A stretch of DNA of 64,000 nucleotides, from positions 1,280,001 to 1,344,000 of the forward strand of contig CAWCKH010000004.1 in assembly GCA_963796055.1 (NCBI GenBank), given 5' to 3'. Positions within the stretch are counted from its first letter, which is position 1. Each line of letters opens with the position of its first letter. The notes below the pieces were generated by a model, which saw nothing but the letters and a program-made list of their open reading frames with translations, was not told the DNA's origin and ran no database searches. This document shows, piece by piece, positions 1 to 10,266 of this stretch. A program made the position numbers and the translations under genes. This DNA comes from an uncultured delta proteobacterium (GTDB taxonomy: Bacteria; Myxococcota; Myxococcia; Myxococcales; Myxococcaceae).

Positions 1-25
1 CGGCGCGCTGACCGAAGTCTCATGA

Positions 26-1378
26 TCAGCGGCGCGCGGCCTCGGTCAACGCGCGGTGGACCGACTCCAGCGCCTTCCGGGCCTCGAGCAGCTCCGCGCG
101 CTCGGCGGTGAGGTCCGCCACCTGGCGGGCCAGCGTGTCGCGCTCGGCGCTCAGGACCTCGACGGACTTCTTGAGCTGGACCGAGTCGTCGCGGAAGCGC
201 TCCAGCTCCCCGGCCAGGCGCTCCTCCTCGGAGAGGCTGTCGGCGAGCTCGGCGTCCTTCTTCTTCAGCTCGATCGAGAGGCGCTCGCGGTCCTCGCGCT
301 CGGCCGCGGCCTGGGTGCGGGCTTCCTGCACCGCCAGCAGCGCCTCGTCCCGTTCGCCCTCGACCGACTGCAGCTCCCGCTCCAGCTCGGAGAGGAGACC
401 GGCGCGCTCCTCCATCTGCGCCGCCAGCCGACGCGCCTCCTCCACCCGCGCCCGGGCCTCCTCGGTGGCGCGCTCGGCGGCTCGCCGGGCCACGTCCAGA
501 TCGTGCTGGAGCGCGGCATTGTGCTGCTTCACCGCGGTGAGCTCGGTCTGCAGCTGGGCGATGCGCTCCACTGCCAGCACGCCCGCCGCCGCCACGCTGG
601 TGGGCAGGGGCTCGGGCCGCGGATGCTCGCGGACGGTGCGCAGCCGCTCCCGCAGCCGCTCGCGGCGGGCCAGGTTGTCGTCGGGGGGCGGCACCGCGGC
701 GCGGCGAGCCACGGGCTCGACGGCGGTGACCTCCGGAGCCAGGGTCTCGGTGCGCACCGTCGCCGCCGCGCGGCGCTCGCTGCCCGGCGCGGCGCTGGCG
801 CTCGGAGCGGCTGCTCGAGGCGCCGGCACGGGCACGGGTGCGGCGACTGCGGGCTGGCGTTCCCGCGGCGCGGACGGTGGGGGCGAGGACACCCGCCCGG
901 AGGCCGCCCCGGACGAGGAGACCGACGGACTGCGGGCTGGAGCCCGAGACTCCGCCCCGGCGGCCCGTCGCGCCGCTGACTGCGGACCCGAGACCGCGGT
1001 CGCCCCGGACGGCGCGGACCCGTGCGCTGCCGTCGCGCCGCGGGCTAGGACGCCGACCGCCACCGCGACCCGCTCCTCCTCCACCAGCGGCTCGGCCACC
1101 GCGGCAGCCTCACGCAAGGTCGCCTCCACCCGGCTCCGGGTCGAGACCTCCTCGGCCTCCTCCGCGGCGGTTGCCCGGGCGGCCGCGGCGAGCACCTCGC
1201 GGGCGGTGGGCGCCTGGGCCTCGGCGGCGGCCTGCTGGCCGGCCACCTGGGCGGCGACCTCGTAGACCCAGTCCTCCTCGGAACCGGGCGGCTCGGGAGC
1301 AATGGACTCGGGTGACGACCCGCCGAGCTTCAGCCTCGGCTTGGCGCGGGACACGTTCTGATCGAAGGCTTTCTTCAT
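26..1378 (-). CDS. pomX: PomX, ParA/MinD ATPase-activating cell-division protein
   Basis: N-terminus MKKAFDQNVSRAKPRLKLG matches the PomX N-terminal peptide (K13/R15 present). Ala/Pro-rich disordered middle and C-terminal coiled coil. Lies directly downstream of a PomZ-type ParA. RBS GGAGAG before the ATG at 1378. Confidence 0.9.
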   Translation of the reverse strand: MKKAFDQNVSRAKPRLKLGGSSPESIAPEPPGSEEDWVYEVAAQVAGQQAAAEAQAPTAREVLAAAARATAAEEAEEVSTRSRVEATLREAAAVAEPLVEEERVAVAVGVLARGATAAHGSAPSGATAVSGPQSAARRAAGAESRAPARSPSVSSSGAASGRVSSPPPSAPRERQPAVAAPVPVPAPRAAAPSASAAPGSERRAAATVRTETLAPEVTAVEPVARRAAVPPPDDNLARRERLRERLRTVREHPRPEPLPTSVAAAGVLAVERIAQLQTELTAVKQHNAALQHDLDVARRAAERATEEARARVEEARRLAAQMEERAGLLSELERELQSVEGERDEALLAVQEARTQAAAEREDRERLSIELKKKDAELADSLSEEERLAGELERFRDDSVQLKKSVEVLSAERDTLARQVADLTAERAELLEARKALESVHRALTEAARR

Positions 1379-1388
1379 CGGCTCTCCC

Positions 1389-2342
1389 CTACCCCGCCCG
1401 CGCGTCGGTGGCGGCCCGTACCCGTGACTGCTCCAGCCGGTGCAGCACTTCCCGAAGGAACGCATCCACGTCGTGCGCGCCCTTCGAGTCCCGCTCGGAA
1501 ATGAACACCGGCACGCCCTCGCTCGAGGCCTGGGCGAACTTGGTGCACTGCCGCACCAGGGTGGTCAGGAGGTACTCCGGGTAGTGCTCCCGCAGCGCGG
1601 CCAGGGCTTCCTTGGCCAGCTTGTAGGTCTGGTTGTACGCGTTGACGACGATGAACACGTGGTCGAGCACGTGGTTCAGGTCCTCCTCGAGACTTTGCAC
1701 GGTCTCGAAGAGCAGCTTCAGCCCGTGGAAGGAGAGGAAGTCCGGCAGCACCGGGACGAAGAGGTCCTGCGCCGCCATGAGCGCGTTCAGGTTCAGCAGC
1801 CCGAAGGACGGCGGGGCGTCGAAGACCACCACGTCGTAGCGGTCCTCGACCTCCTCCACCGCCTTGCGCAGCTTGAACTCCCGCCCGGCCATGGGCATCA
1901 ACGCCAGGTCCACCGTGCTCATCCCCAGGTTGCTGGGGACGAAGTCCAGGTTCGGCAGCGGCGTGTGCTGGATGGCCTCGGACAGCGGCACCTTCCGCAC
2001 CAGCACGTGGAGCAGGGTCTTCTCGAAATCCTCGCCCTCGTAGCCCAGGCACTTGGTGGCGTGGCCCTGGCTGTCCAGGTCCACCAGGAGCACCGAGTGG
2101 CCCAGCTCGGCCAGACGGTAGGCATACGCGGTGGAGAGCGAGGTCTTCCCGGTACCGCCCTTGAAGTTGAGGAACAGCTGCTTCCGCCGGCCGAGCGGGC
2201 GCGGGTAGAGGCGGAGCGCCTTGCGCAGCGCCCAGAGGTCCTGCGCCGAGTAGCTGTTCTGGTCCAGCGCGGAGCGGAGCGCCTTGGCCGCGATGCCGAG
2301 CAGCTCGGCGGTCGTCTTCGGGGTGTAGATGGGAAGGTCCAT
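1389..2342 (-). CDS. pomZ: PomZ, ParA-family ATPase
   Basis: Deviant Walker A NFKGGTGKTS, DLDSQGH and DAPPSFG motifs, short HTH-like N-terminal extension. Flanked by pomX- and pomY-like genes. Confidence 0.92.
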   Translation of the reverse strand: MDLPIYTPKTTAELLGIAAKALRSALDQNSYSAQDLWALRKALRLYPRPLGRRKQLFLNFKGGTGKTSLSTAYAYRLAELGHSVLLVDLDSQGHATKCLGYEGEDFEKTLLHVLVRKVPLSEAIQHTPLPNLDFVPSNLGMSTVDLALMPMAGREFKLRKAVEEVEDRYDVVVFDAPPSFGLLNLNALMAAQDLFVPVLPDFLSFHGLKLLFETVQSLEEDLNHVLDHVFIVVNAYNQTYKLAKEALAALREHYPEYLLTTLVRQCTKFAQASSEGVPVFISERDSKGAHDVDAFLREVLHRLEQSRVRAATDARAG

Positions 2343-2361
2343 CTGTCAGTCCTCGTGCTCG

Positions 2362-4065
2362 TCAGGCGACGAACAGCTTTGCCCCGCGCCGGACCACCTG
2401 CCCGCGCGCCGTGAGAAGTGCTGCGGCCTCGATCACCCGCTCGTCCGTCACGCCCAGGTGCGTCGCCAGGTCCACCACGGTCCGCCCACGCATCGAGGTG
2501 CGGAGCTCGGAGGCGATCTGCAGGCAGAGCGCCTCGTCGGCGTGCAGGCCCGCCCCGGAGTGCTCGCGCTCGGGGGGCGGGAGCGCCACCTCGATGCGGG
2601 CGGGCTCGGGCGCGCCCGACGCGCGCGGGCCCGCGGGAACGGATTCCCCGGCGGGCAGCGAGCAGTGGGCATCGAGCGCGGGCACCGGGCCGCTCTCGTC
2701 GCGCTCGGGTGGGGCGCTCTCCACCGCGGGCCGGGGCGGCTGGGGCACGGGGCGGACCCGCTGTGACAGGGGAAGCGGGGCGACCGTCGCCAGCCGCCGC
2801 ACCTCCCGCCGGCGGTCGTCGTCGGAGAGCGTGGCAACGTGGCCCACGTCGATGCCCAGCAGACTGGAGAGACTCCGGCCGGCCGCGCGGCGGACACCCA
2901 GGTCCGGATCCTCCAGAGCCCCGAGCAGCCGCGAGCGGGCCTGCTCGCCTCCCGCTGCGCCCGCGGCGAGGACGGCCAGGCGGCGGACCTCGGGATCCGG
3001 ATCACGCGAGACCTGCCGCTCCAGCTCGAGCATCCGCTCCGGGCCGAGCGAGACGGCCAGGAGCGCGGTGCGCCGGCGAACCGAGGCGTCCGGGTCGTGC
3101 GCGGCGCGGGAGAGGTGCGCTGGCGCCGTCTCCGGGTCCAGATGGGTGATGGCCCGGAGCGCCGCGATGCGCACCGCGGGCTCGGGCGCGCCGAGCAGCG
3201 GCTCGACCACCGCCGCGCCCTCGCGGGCGGCCAGCGCCCGGAACGCCTCGAGCAGGCCGACCAGCACCGTGTCGTCCCGCTCCGCATGGAGCGCCACCGC
3301 CAGGGCCGGGGCAGCGGCGCGGTCACCGAGCGTGCGCAGGCGCTCGGCGGCGCGCGTCCGGGCGGACGGGTCCGGGCTGGAGAGCTCGCGGATGGAGAAG
3401 CCGAAGAGGCTCTCCTCGCCGAGGCGGGGGCTGGGGGGCACGGCGAGGCGGCCCTGCTCGAAGAGACGCTCCGCTTCCCGGGTCACGGCGAGCATGGTGG
3501 CCGCCGAGGAGACGGGCGAATCGGGCATGCTCCGGGGAGTGGCCGCAGAAACGCCGGGCCCCGGAACGCCCGCGGACGACGCCCGCACCACCACCGTTTC
3601 CAGCGCTGGCGCCTCCGCACGGACCGGCACCGTGCCATCGAGCGTCGCCGCCGGCTCGGTCCGCCTGTCCGCCAGAATCTCGCGCGGCCGGAGCGCGATC
3701 GCCTCGGCCCGCAGGTCGGCGATGAACCCGGCGAGGTCGAAGTCCAGCCCGGCCTCGTGGCCCTGGATGCGAGCGGCCTCCAGCACCTTCCCCATCAGCC
3801 CGGCGCGCTCGGCCCGCATCGCCTCGATCACCCGCGCGGTCTCCTCGCGTTCGCGGTGGGCGCGGCCCAGCTCCACCTCCAGCTCGGCCACCCGGCGGCG
3901 CAGCTCGACCTCACGCTGGGAGGCAGCGGCGAGATCGGCGCGCAGGGCATCGGCCTCCGCCCGGAGCGTCGCCGCATCAGCCTGGAGCGTCTCCGAGCGT
4001 GCCTCGAAGTAGACAATCTTCTCGAGGGCACTCCGCAAGAGCGCCTCTGCCCGTCCATCGCTCAC
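2362..4065 (-). CDS. pomY: PomY: N-terminal coiled coil, HEAT repeats, disordered region, small C-terminal domain
   Basis: GTG start (VSDGRAEALLRSALEKIVYFEAR), coiled coil, HEAT/PBS-like repeats (DPSARTRAAERL, DPDASVRRRTA, DPDPEVRRLA, DPDLGVRRAA) and a Pro-rich linker. Upstream of pomZ. Confidence 0.85.
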   Translation of the reverse strand: MSDGRAEALLRSALEKIVYFEARSETLQADAATLRAEADALRADLAAASQREVELRRRVAELEVELGRAHREREETARVIEAMRAERAGLMGKVLEAARIQGHEAGLDFDLAGFIADLRAEAIALRPREILADRRTEPAATLDGTVPVRAEAPALETVVVRASSAGVPGPGVSAATPRSMPDSPVSSAATMLAVTREAERLFEQGRLAVPPSPRLGEESLFGFSIRELSSPDPSARTRAAERLRTLGDRAAAPALAVALHAERDDTVLVGLLEAFRALAAREGAAVVEPLLGAPEPAVRIAALRAITHLDPETAPAHLSRAAHDPDASVRRRTALLAVSLGPERMLELERQVSRDPDPEVRRLAVLAAGAAGGEQARSRLLGALEDPDLGVRRAAGRSLSSLLGIDVGHVATLSDDDRRREVRRLATVAPLPLSQRVRPVPQPPRPAVESAPPERDESGPVPALDAHCSLPAGESVPAGPRASGAPEPARIEVALPPPEREHSGAGLHADEALCLQIASELRTSMRGRTVVDLATHLGVTDERVIEAAALLTARGQVVRRGAKLFVA

Positions 4066-4074
4066 CGGCCAGGC

Positions 4075-4082
4075 AGTGTACA
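4075..4082 (-). promoter_or_regulatory. Candidate -10 element (TG-TACACT) for the pom operon
   Basis: TACACT lies 9 nt upstream of the pomY GTG, with no SD sequence. Confidence 0.4.
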
Positions 4083-4127
4083 GGGCTGATCCGTCGTCGC
4101 CAGTCTTGTGACACCTGCGACAGGAAG

Positions 4128-5711
4128 CTACCGGGCAGGCGTCTGGGCCGGGGGCGCCGGCTCCGTCATTCCGGGGCCCTGGGCCACGTTCTTGCCGGGG
4201 GCCGGGGGCGCCGGCGGAGCGTACGCCTCGGCGAGGCTGACGGTGGCCTCGCCGACCTTCGGGGAGAGCCGGTCCACCGTCTCGGTGAGGCTGTTGGCGA
4301 GGTCGGTCTGCGCGGCGGCGGCGCGCCGGAGCTGCCGCTCGAGCTTGCCCATGTGCTCGTAGTGTTCGCGGTCCCGCGCCGCCTGCCCCTGGGCGGTGCG
4401 GAGCTCGAGCGCGAGCCCGGCGTTGGCACGGAGCCCGTCCAGCACCCGCTCCACCAGCACCTGGCCGTCGGCGTCGAGACCGCCCTTGTGGTACGCCTTG
4501 AGCCCGAATCGGCCTCCGATCCAGACCCGGCCCAGCTCCCCGTAACCTTCCTCGGGACCCTCCGGCAGGTCCTCGACCACCAGCGCGGGCGTGCTCCGCA
4601 GGGGGAAGCCGGGGGACATCACCTCGAAGATCAGCGCGCCGTCGCTGCGCGCCCGGGCCACCGCCACCGCCCCGTCGAAGGGGAAGAACGGGTCGAGGGC
4701 ACCGTCGAGGCCCGAGACCAGCCGCGTGCGCGCCTTGCGATCCAGGGCGGACACCTCCCCGCGGTCGCGGCGGGGACTCTTCTTCAGGGTGGTCATCATG
4801 TCGCGCACCTGGTCGATGGCGACGACGACGTTCAGGGGCGTGTTGCCGGCGTATCCGGCGTGGTAGACGCCGACCAGCTCGAACTCGCCGGTGCGGCAGG
4901 ACACCGCGAGCACCGGCGAGCCGGAGTTCCCGGGCGACAGCTGCGCGTCCACCACGAAGTCGACGTGATCCCAGTCCTTCTCGTCGTCGTGGTCGTAGGT
5001 GGAAACGACCTTGCCCACGTTGGTGGCCTTGAACGCGCCGAGGGGGAAGCCGCGCACGTCCACCACGTTGCGCTCCTTGAGGTCCGCCGAGCGGCCCACC
5101 TTCCAGGGGAGGATCGGCAGCAGCCCGTGCGCCTTGAGCACCGCCATGTCCATCGACTTGTCGGTAACCACCCGCTGGAGCGGCATGTCGTCGCGGTCGT
5201 AGGTATCGCGCTCGGACTCGACGATCTTCAGCTGGTCCGACACGCGCTTGCACCCGGGGGGCACCTCGTCGATCTTGTGCTCGTCGTCGGTGACCGCCGG
5301 CCACTCGGCGACGTGGTGGTTGGTGAGGATGTACGTCTCGCCATTCTGCTGCCGGTAGCCGAAGCCGGTGCCGTGGGCGAGCGCCTTGCGCCGCACCCGC
5401 CGGACGTTCCCGTCGCCGGCGTAGCTGAGGCACTCGTAGGTGGCAGTGGTGCGGATGGCGTAGACCCAGGACTGCGACTGGGGCTTCTGCTCGGCCTCGC
5501 GGGCGGCGGGCGACAGGGCGGCGAAGTCGTCCGCGTAAGCGCCTGCACAGTACGCACCCTTGCCCGAGGGGATGCCACCCGGGCCGCCCCGGGCCTGCAC
5601 CCGCGGGGCGACGATGGCGGTCACACCCACGAAGGTCAGCGCCAGACCTGCGACCGCTCCACGCTTCATCCACACCCGCCTTCGCGCGCTGGCCTCGGTT
5701 TCCTGCTCCAT
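4128..5711 (-). CDS. Exported/membrane-anchored trypsin-like (S1) serine protease
   Basis: N-terminal hydrophobic segment. Triad motifs TNHHVA, DMAVLK and SPGNSGSP. No obvious PDZ domain. Start could be 5669. Confidence 0.85.
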   Translation of the reverse strand: MEQETEASARRRVWMKRGAVAGLALTFVGVTAIVAPRVQARGGPGGIPSGKGAYCAGAYADDFAALSPAAREAEQKPQSQSWVYAIRTTATYECLSYAGDGNVRRVRRKALAHGTGFGYRQQNGETYILTNHHVAEWPAVTDDEHKIDEVPPGCKRVSDQLKIVESERDTYDRDDMPLQRVVTDKSMDMAVLKAHGLLPILPWKVGRSADLKERNVVDVRGFPLGAFKATNVGKVVSTYDHDDEKDWDHVDFVVDAQLSPGNSGSPVLAVSCRTGEFELVGVYHAGYAGNTPLNVVVAIDQVRDMMTTLKKSPRRDRGEVSALDRKARTRLVSGLDGALDPFFPFDGAVAVARARSDGALIFEVMSPGFPLRSTPALVVEDLPEGPEEGYGELGRVWIGGRFGLKAYHKGGLDADGQVLVERVLDGLRANAGLALELRTAQGQAARDREHYEHMGKLERQLRRAAAAQTDLANSLTETVDRLSPKVGEATVSLAEAYAPPAPPAPGKNVAQGPGMTEPAPPAQTPAR

Positions 5712-5920
5712 GGGTGGCCCCGGTCCGATCAGTCTAGGCCCGGCAGCCGCCCCAACGCGCGGCCACCCTCTGGTCTTCCTGACCCGCTGCGGCGTGACAC
5801 GAGGCGGTGGGGCAGCACTCGCCTGCACGCCGCGTCGTTGCACCTGACATGGGTGCTTGACACTCCGGTACGGCTGCCGGAGCGTCCCGCGGCGCAGTTC
5901 CCACCTCAGGGGAGACCCGC

Positions 5921-6190
5921 ATGAACTTCCGCACTCTCGCGCTCGCCGCTGCCCTCGTGGTTCCCGCGGCCGCGCTGGCCGAGCACACCTACCAGGTGAC
6001 CGGGCCGGTCGTCTCCTCGACGCCCGAGTCGATCACCGTGAAGAAGGGCAGCGAGAACTGGGAGATTGCCCGGGGCGACGACAAGACGGACGTCAAGCCC
6101 GGAGACAAGGTGACGATCACCTACGCGATGACCGCGAAGAAGGTGGAGGTGAAGCCGGCCTCGAGCGGAGCCAAGAAGGCGAAGAAGTAG
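5921..6190 (+). CDS. Small secreted beta-rich (OB-fold-like) hypothetical protein
   Basis: SD GGGGAG, Sec signal ending ALA-E, and VKPGDKVTITY typical of small OB-fold periplasmic proteins. Confidence 0.8.
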   Translation: MNFRTLALAAALVVPAAALAEHTYQVTGPVVSSTPESITVKKGSENWEIARGDDKTDVKPGDKVTITYAMTAKKVEVKPASSGAKKAKK

Positions 6191-6215
6191 CCCGGGCCGA
6201 TCAGGCTCTGCCCCC

Positions 6216-7892
<1,677 letters not shown>

Positions 7893-8105
7893 CGGAGCGC
7901 GCGACAGTACAGCGCGCGCCGCACCGGGCAAGCGGCGATGTCGTGCCGGACCCTGTACGAAAGCAGCCAGACGGGCAGTCACCCAGCAGACCGCTTGCCG
8001 CGGGGTTCACAGTAGGGGTGGTGTTGGGGGGCGCATCCGACCTAGACCCCCTCGGCAGTGTCCTGGCACGTGCGCAACAGTCAGGCGAGCAGGCGCGGCA
8101 ACGGG

Positions 8106-10178
8106 ATGACGAGCGATTTCGGGTACCAGCTGTTGACCAAGCTCGACGATGGGCCGTCCGGGACGGCCTGGCGTGCGCGTGCCCGCACAAGCGGAGGGCG
8201 GGCCATGGTCCGGGTCTTCCACGGAAGTCGCTGGGGGGACGAGGAGGCACGGGGGGCGTTCCAGGAGCGCGCCGAGACCCTGGGTCGGCTCGACCATCCC
8301 CACCTTGCACGGCAGCTCCAGGCCGGGTGCCTCGACGACGGGCGGCCCTACGTGGTGAGCGAGTACCTCGACGGCGAGGACCTGGGCGCCCACCTCCGGC
8401 GGTCAGGACCCCTGACCCCCGACGAGCTCGGGCTGCTGCTCCTCCCGCTGTGCAGCGTCCTGGAAGAGCTGCGGGGACGCGGCATCGTGGTCCAGGCGCT
8501 CCCCCCGTCACAGGTGTTCCTGGTGGGCGGAGTGACGCGCTTCGCCCCGAAGCTGATCGGCCCGGGCCTGGGGGACGCCGGCCACGCCTTCGACCCGCGC
8601 GGGGACGTCGCCGCCCTCGGACGTCTCATGCGCGAAGGCTGCCCCGAGCACCTCGGCTGGCTGGAAGGGGTGCACGCCGGGTGCGTCCTGGCGACGGACG
8701 AGGGCGGGTTTGCCAGCCCCGGCGAGGTGGCGCGCGCGCTCCTCGAGGCGCAGCCGCGCACGCAGCTGCTGCCGACCAAGGAGGGCGGTGAGCAGCCTCC
8801 TCTCCTCCTGGTCGACGAGTCCGAGCGGGAGAAGCCGGGCGACGTCCTCGGCCAGTACCGCCTCGAGCGCATGCTGGGCGAGGGAGCGATGGGCCGGGTG
8901 TTCCAGGCCCGCCACGTGAGCCTCGGACGGCCGGCCGCGGTGAAGGTGCTCCGGGCCGAGCACGCGAAGAACGGGCACCTCATCCAGCGCTTCTTCCACG
9001 AGGCGCGCGCGGTCAACCAGATCAACCACGCGCACATCGTGGAGATCCTCGACTTCGTCGAGGAGACCGCGGTGTCCGGCCGGTCGCGCGTGTACTGCGT
9101 GATGGAGATGCTCGAGGGCCAGAGCCTCACCGAGCTGCTGGCCAGAGCCCAGCCGGGGGTGGCGCGGGCGGTGGGCATCGTCCGGCAGGTCTGTGATGCG
9201 CTCCAGGCGGCGCACGACGTGGGCGTCATCCACCGCGACGTGAAGCCGGACAACCTCTTCGTGCTCGAGCGCGATGGGCGCGACTTCGTGAAGGTGCTGG
9301 ACTTCGGGGTGGCCAAGCTGGTCGCCCCGCTCGGCGACGTGCCGCTGACCACCACCGTCGAGGGCACCATCGTCGGGACGCCGGCGTACATGGCGCCGGA
9401 GCAGGCCACGGGCGGGAACGCCGACGCGCGGACCGACCTCTACTCGGTGGGCGTGGTCCTCTACGAGCTGCTGGCCGGGCACCCGCCGTTCCAGGCGCCG
9501 GCGTTCGGCCAGCTCGTCGCCCAGGTGCTGTCGTCGCCCCCGCCGCCGTTGCCGACCTGCACCCGGAGCGGCGATCGCATCTCCGGCGCGCTCGGGGCGG
9601 TGGTGAAGCGGTGCCTGGCGAAGAACCCCGACGATCGGTACCAGTCCCTGCGCGAGCTGGCCGGCGCGCTCGAGGTCGCCGCGCAGGCACCGCTGCGCCG
9701 GGGACCGCCGCCCTGGATGGTGGCTGCCGGGGCACTGGCGGTGCTCGGGCTCGGGACAGGGGTGGCGACGGTCCGCTCGGTCCGGCGGCCGGCCGCGCCA
9801 CTACCGGTGGTGACCGGGAAGGTCGTCGCCCTGTCCGCCGTGGCGCGGCCCCCGGAGCCCGCGCCGGTCACGTCCGTGCCCACGTCCCCCCCGGCGGAGG
9901 TCCAGGTGACCGTGGTGTCGGTTCCCCCCGGTGCGCGCGTGGTCGAGCTTCCCTCGGGCCGGACGCTGGGCACGACACCTCTGAGCGCCACCCTCCTCCG
10001 CTCGAGCGAACCGAGCCGGCTGCGGCTGGAGCACCCCGGCCGACGCCCGACCGAGGTCGAGCTGGTTCCGGACGCGGAGAGCGAGGTCCACGTGGCGCTC
10101 CCCCGGGCGCCCCGGGCCGTCCGCGCGGGCGGGAAGACGGCCCGGAACGAGAAGCACCCCGATCCGTTCAAGCTGTAG
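8106..10178 (+). CDS. Hanks-type Ser/Thr kinase with N-terminal pseudokinase domain, TM helix and C-terminal PEGA-like domain
   Basis: Second domain has GEGAMG, AVKVL, HRDVKPDN, DFG and GTPAYMAPE. First domain is kinase-like but lacks the catalytic K, HRD and DFG. VSVPPGARV...LGTTPL is PEGA-like. Confidence 0.9.
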   Translation: MTSDFGYQLLTKLDDGPSGTAWRARARTSGGRAMVRVFHGSRWGDEEARGAFQERAETLGRLDHPHLARQLQAGCLDDGRPYVVSEYLDGEDLGAHLRRSGPLTPDELGLLLLPLCSVLEELRGRGIVVQALPPSQVFLVGGVTRFAPKLIGPGLGDAGHAFDPRGDVAALGRLMREGCPEHLGWLEGVHAGCVLATDEGGFASPGEVARALLEAQPRTQLLPTKEGGEQPPLLLVDESEREKPGDVLGQYRLERMLGEGAMGRVFQARHVSLGRPAAVKVLRAEHAKNGHLIQRFFHEARAVNQINHAHIVEILDFVEETAVSGRSRVYCVMEMLEGQSLTELLARAQPGVARAVGIVRQVCDALQAAHDVGVIHRDVKPDNLFVLERDGRDFVKVLDFGVAKLVAPLGDVPLTTTVEGTIVGTPAYMAPEQATGGNADARTDLYSVGVVLYELLAGHPPFQAPAFGQLVAQVLSSPPPPLPTCTRSGDRISGALGAVVKRCLAKNPDDRYQSLRELAGALEVAAQAPLRRGPPPWMVAAGALAVLGLGTGVATVRSVRRPAAPLPVVTGKVVALSAVARPPEPAPVTSVPTSPPAEVQVTVVSVPPGARVVELPSGRTLGTTPLSATLLRSSEPSRLRLEHPGRRPTEVELVPDAESEVHVALPRAPRAVRAGGKTARNEKHPDPFKL

Positions 10179-10199
10179 AGGCGCCCGTGGCAGAACTGC

Positions 10200-10252
10200 C
10201 TCCGGGTGCGAGGGGGTTCCCCCCCGCGGTGCGACGCCCCTCGCACCCGGAG
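10200..10252. terminator. Perfect 16-bp stem hairpin between convergent genes
   Basis: CTCCGGGTGCGAGGGG (10200-10215) pairs with CCCCTCGCACCCGGAG (10237-10252). No clear U-tract. Confidence 0.6.
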
Positions 10253-10266
10253 CCCTGCACTTCTGG

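Noticed and set aside
1389..2342. ParA as a plasmid or chromosome partition system
   Set aside because: No parB or parS-like palindrome is seen, and the flanking genes match PomX and PomY.
2362..5673. 1103-aa ORF as one giant protein
   Set aside because: The N-terminal half is an Arg/Gly/Pro-rich off-frame shadow of the protease gene. Only the part from GTG 4065 is PomY-like.
8073..8090. TGGCACG upstream of the kinase as a sigma54 promoter
   Set aside because: There is no GC at the required N10 spacing.
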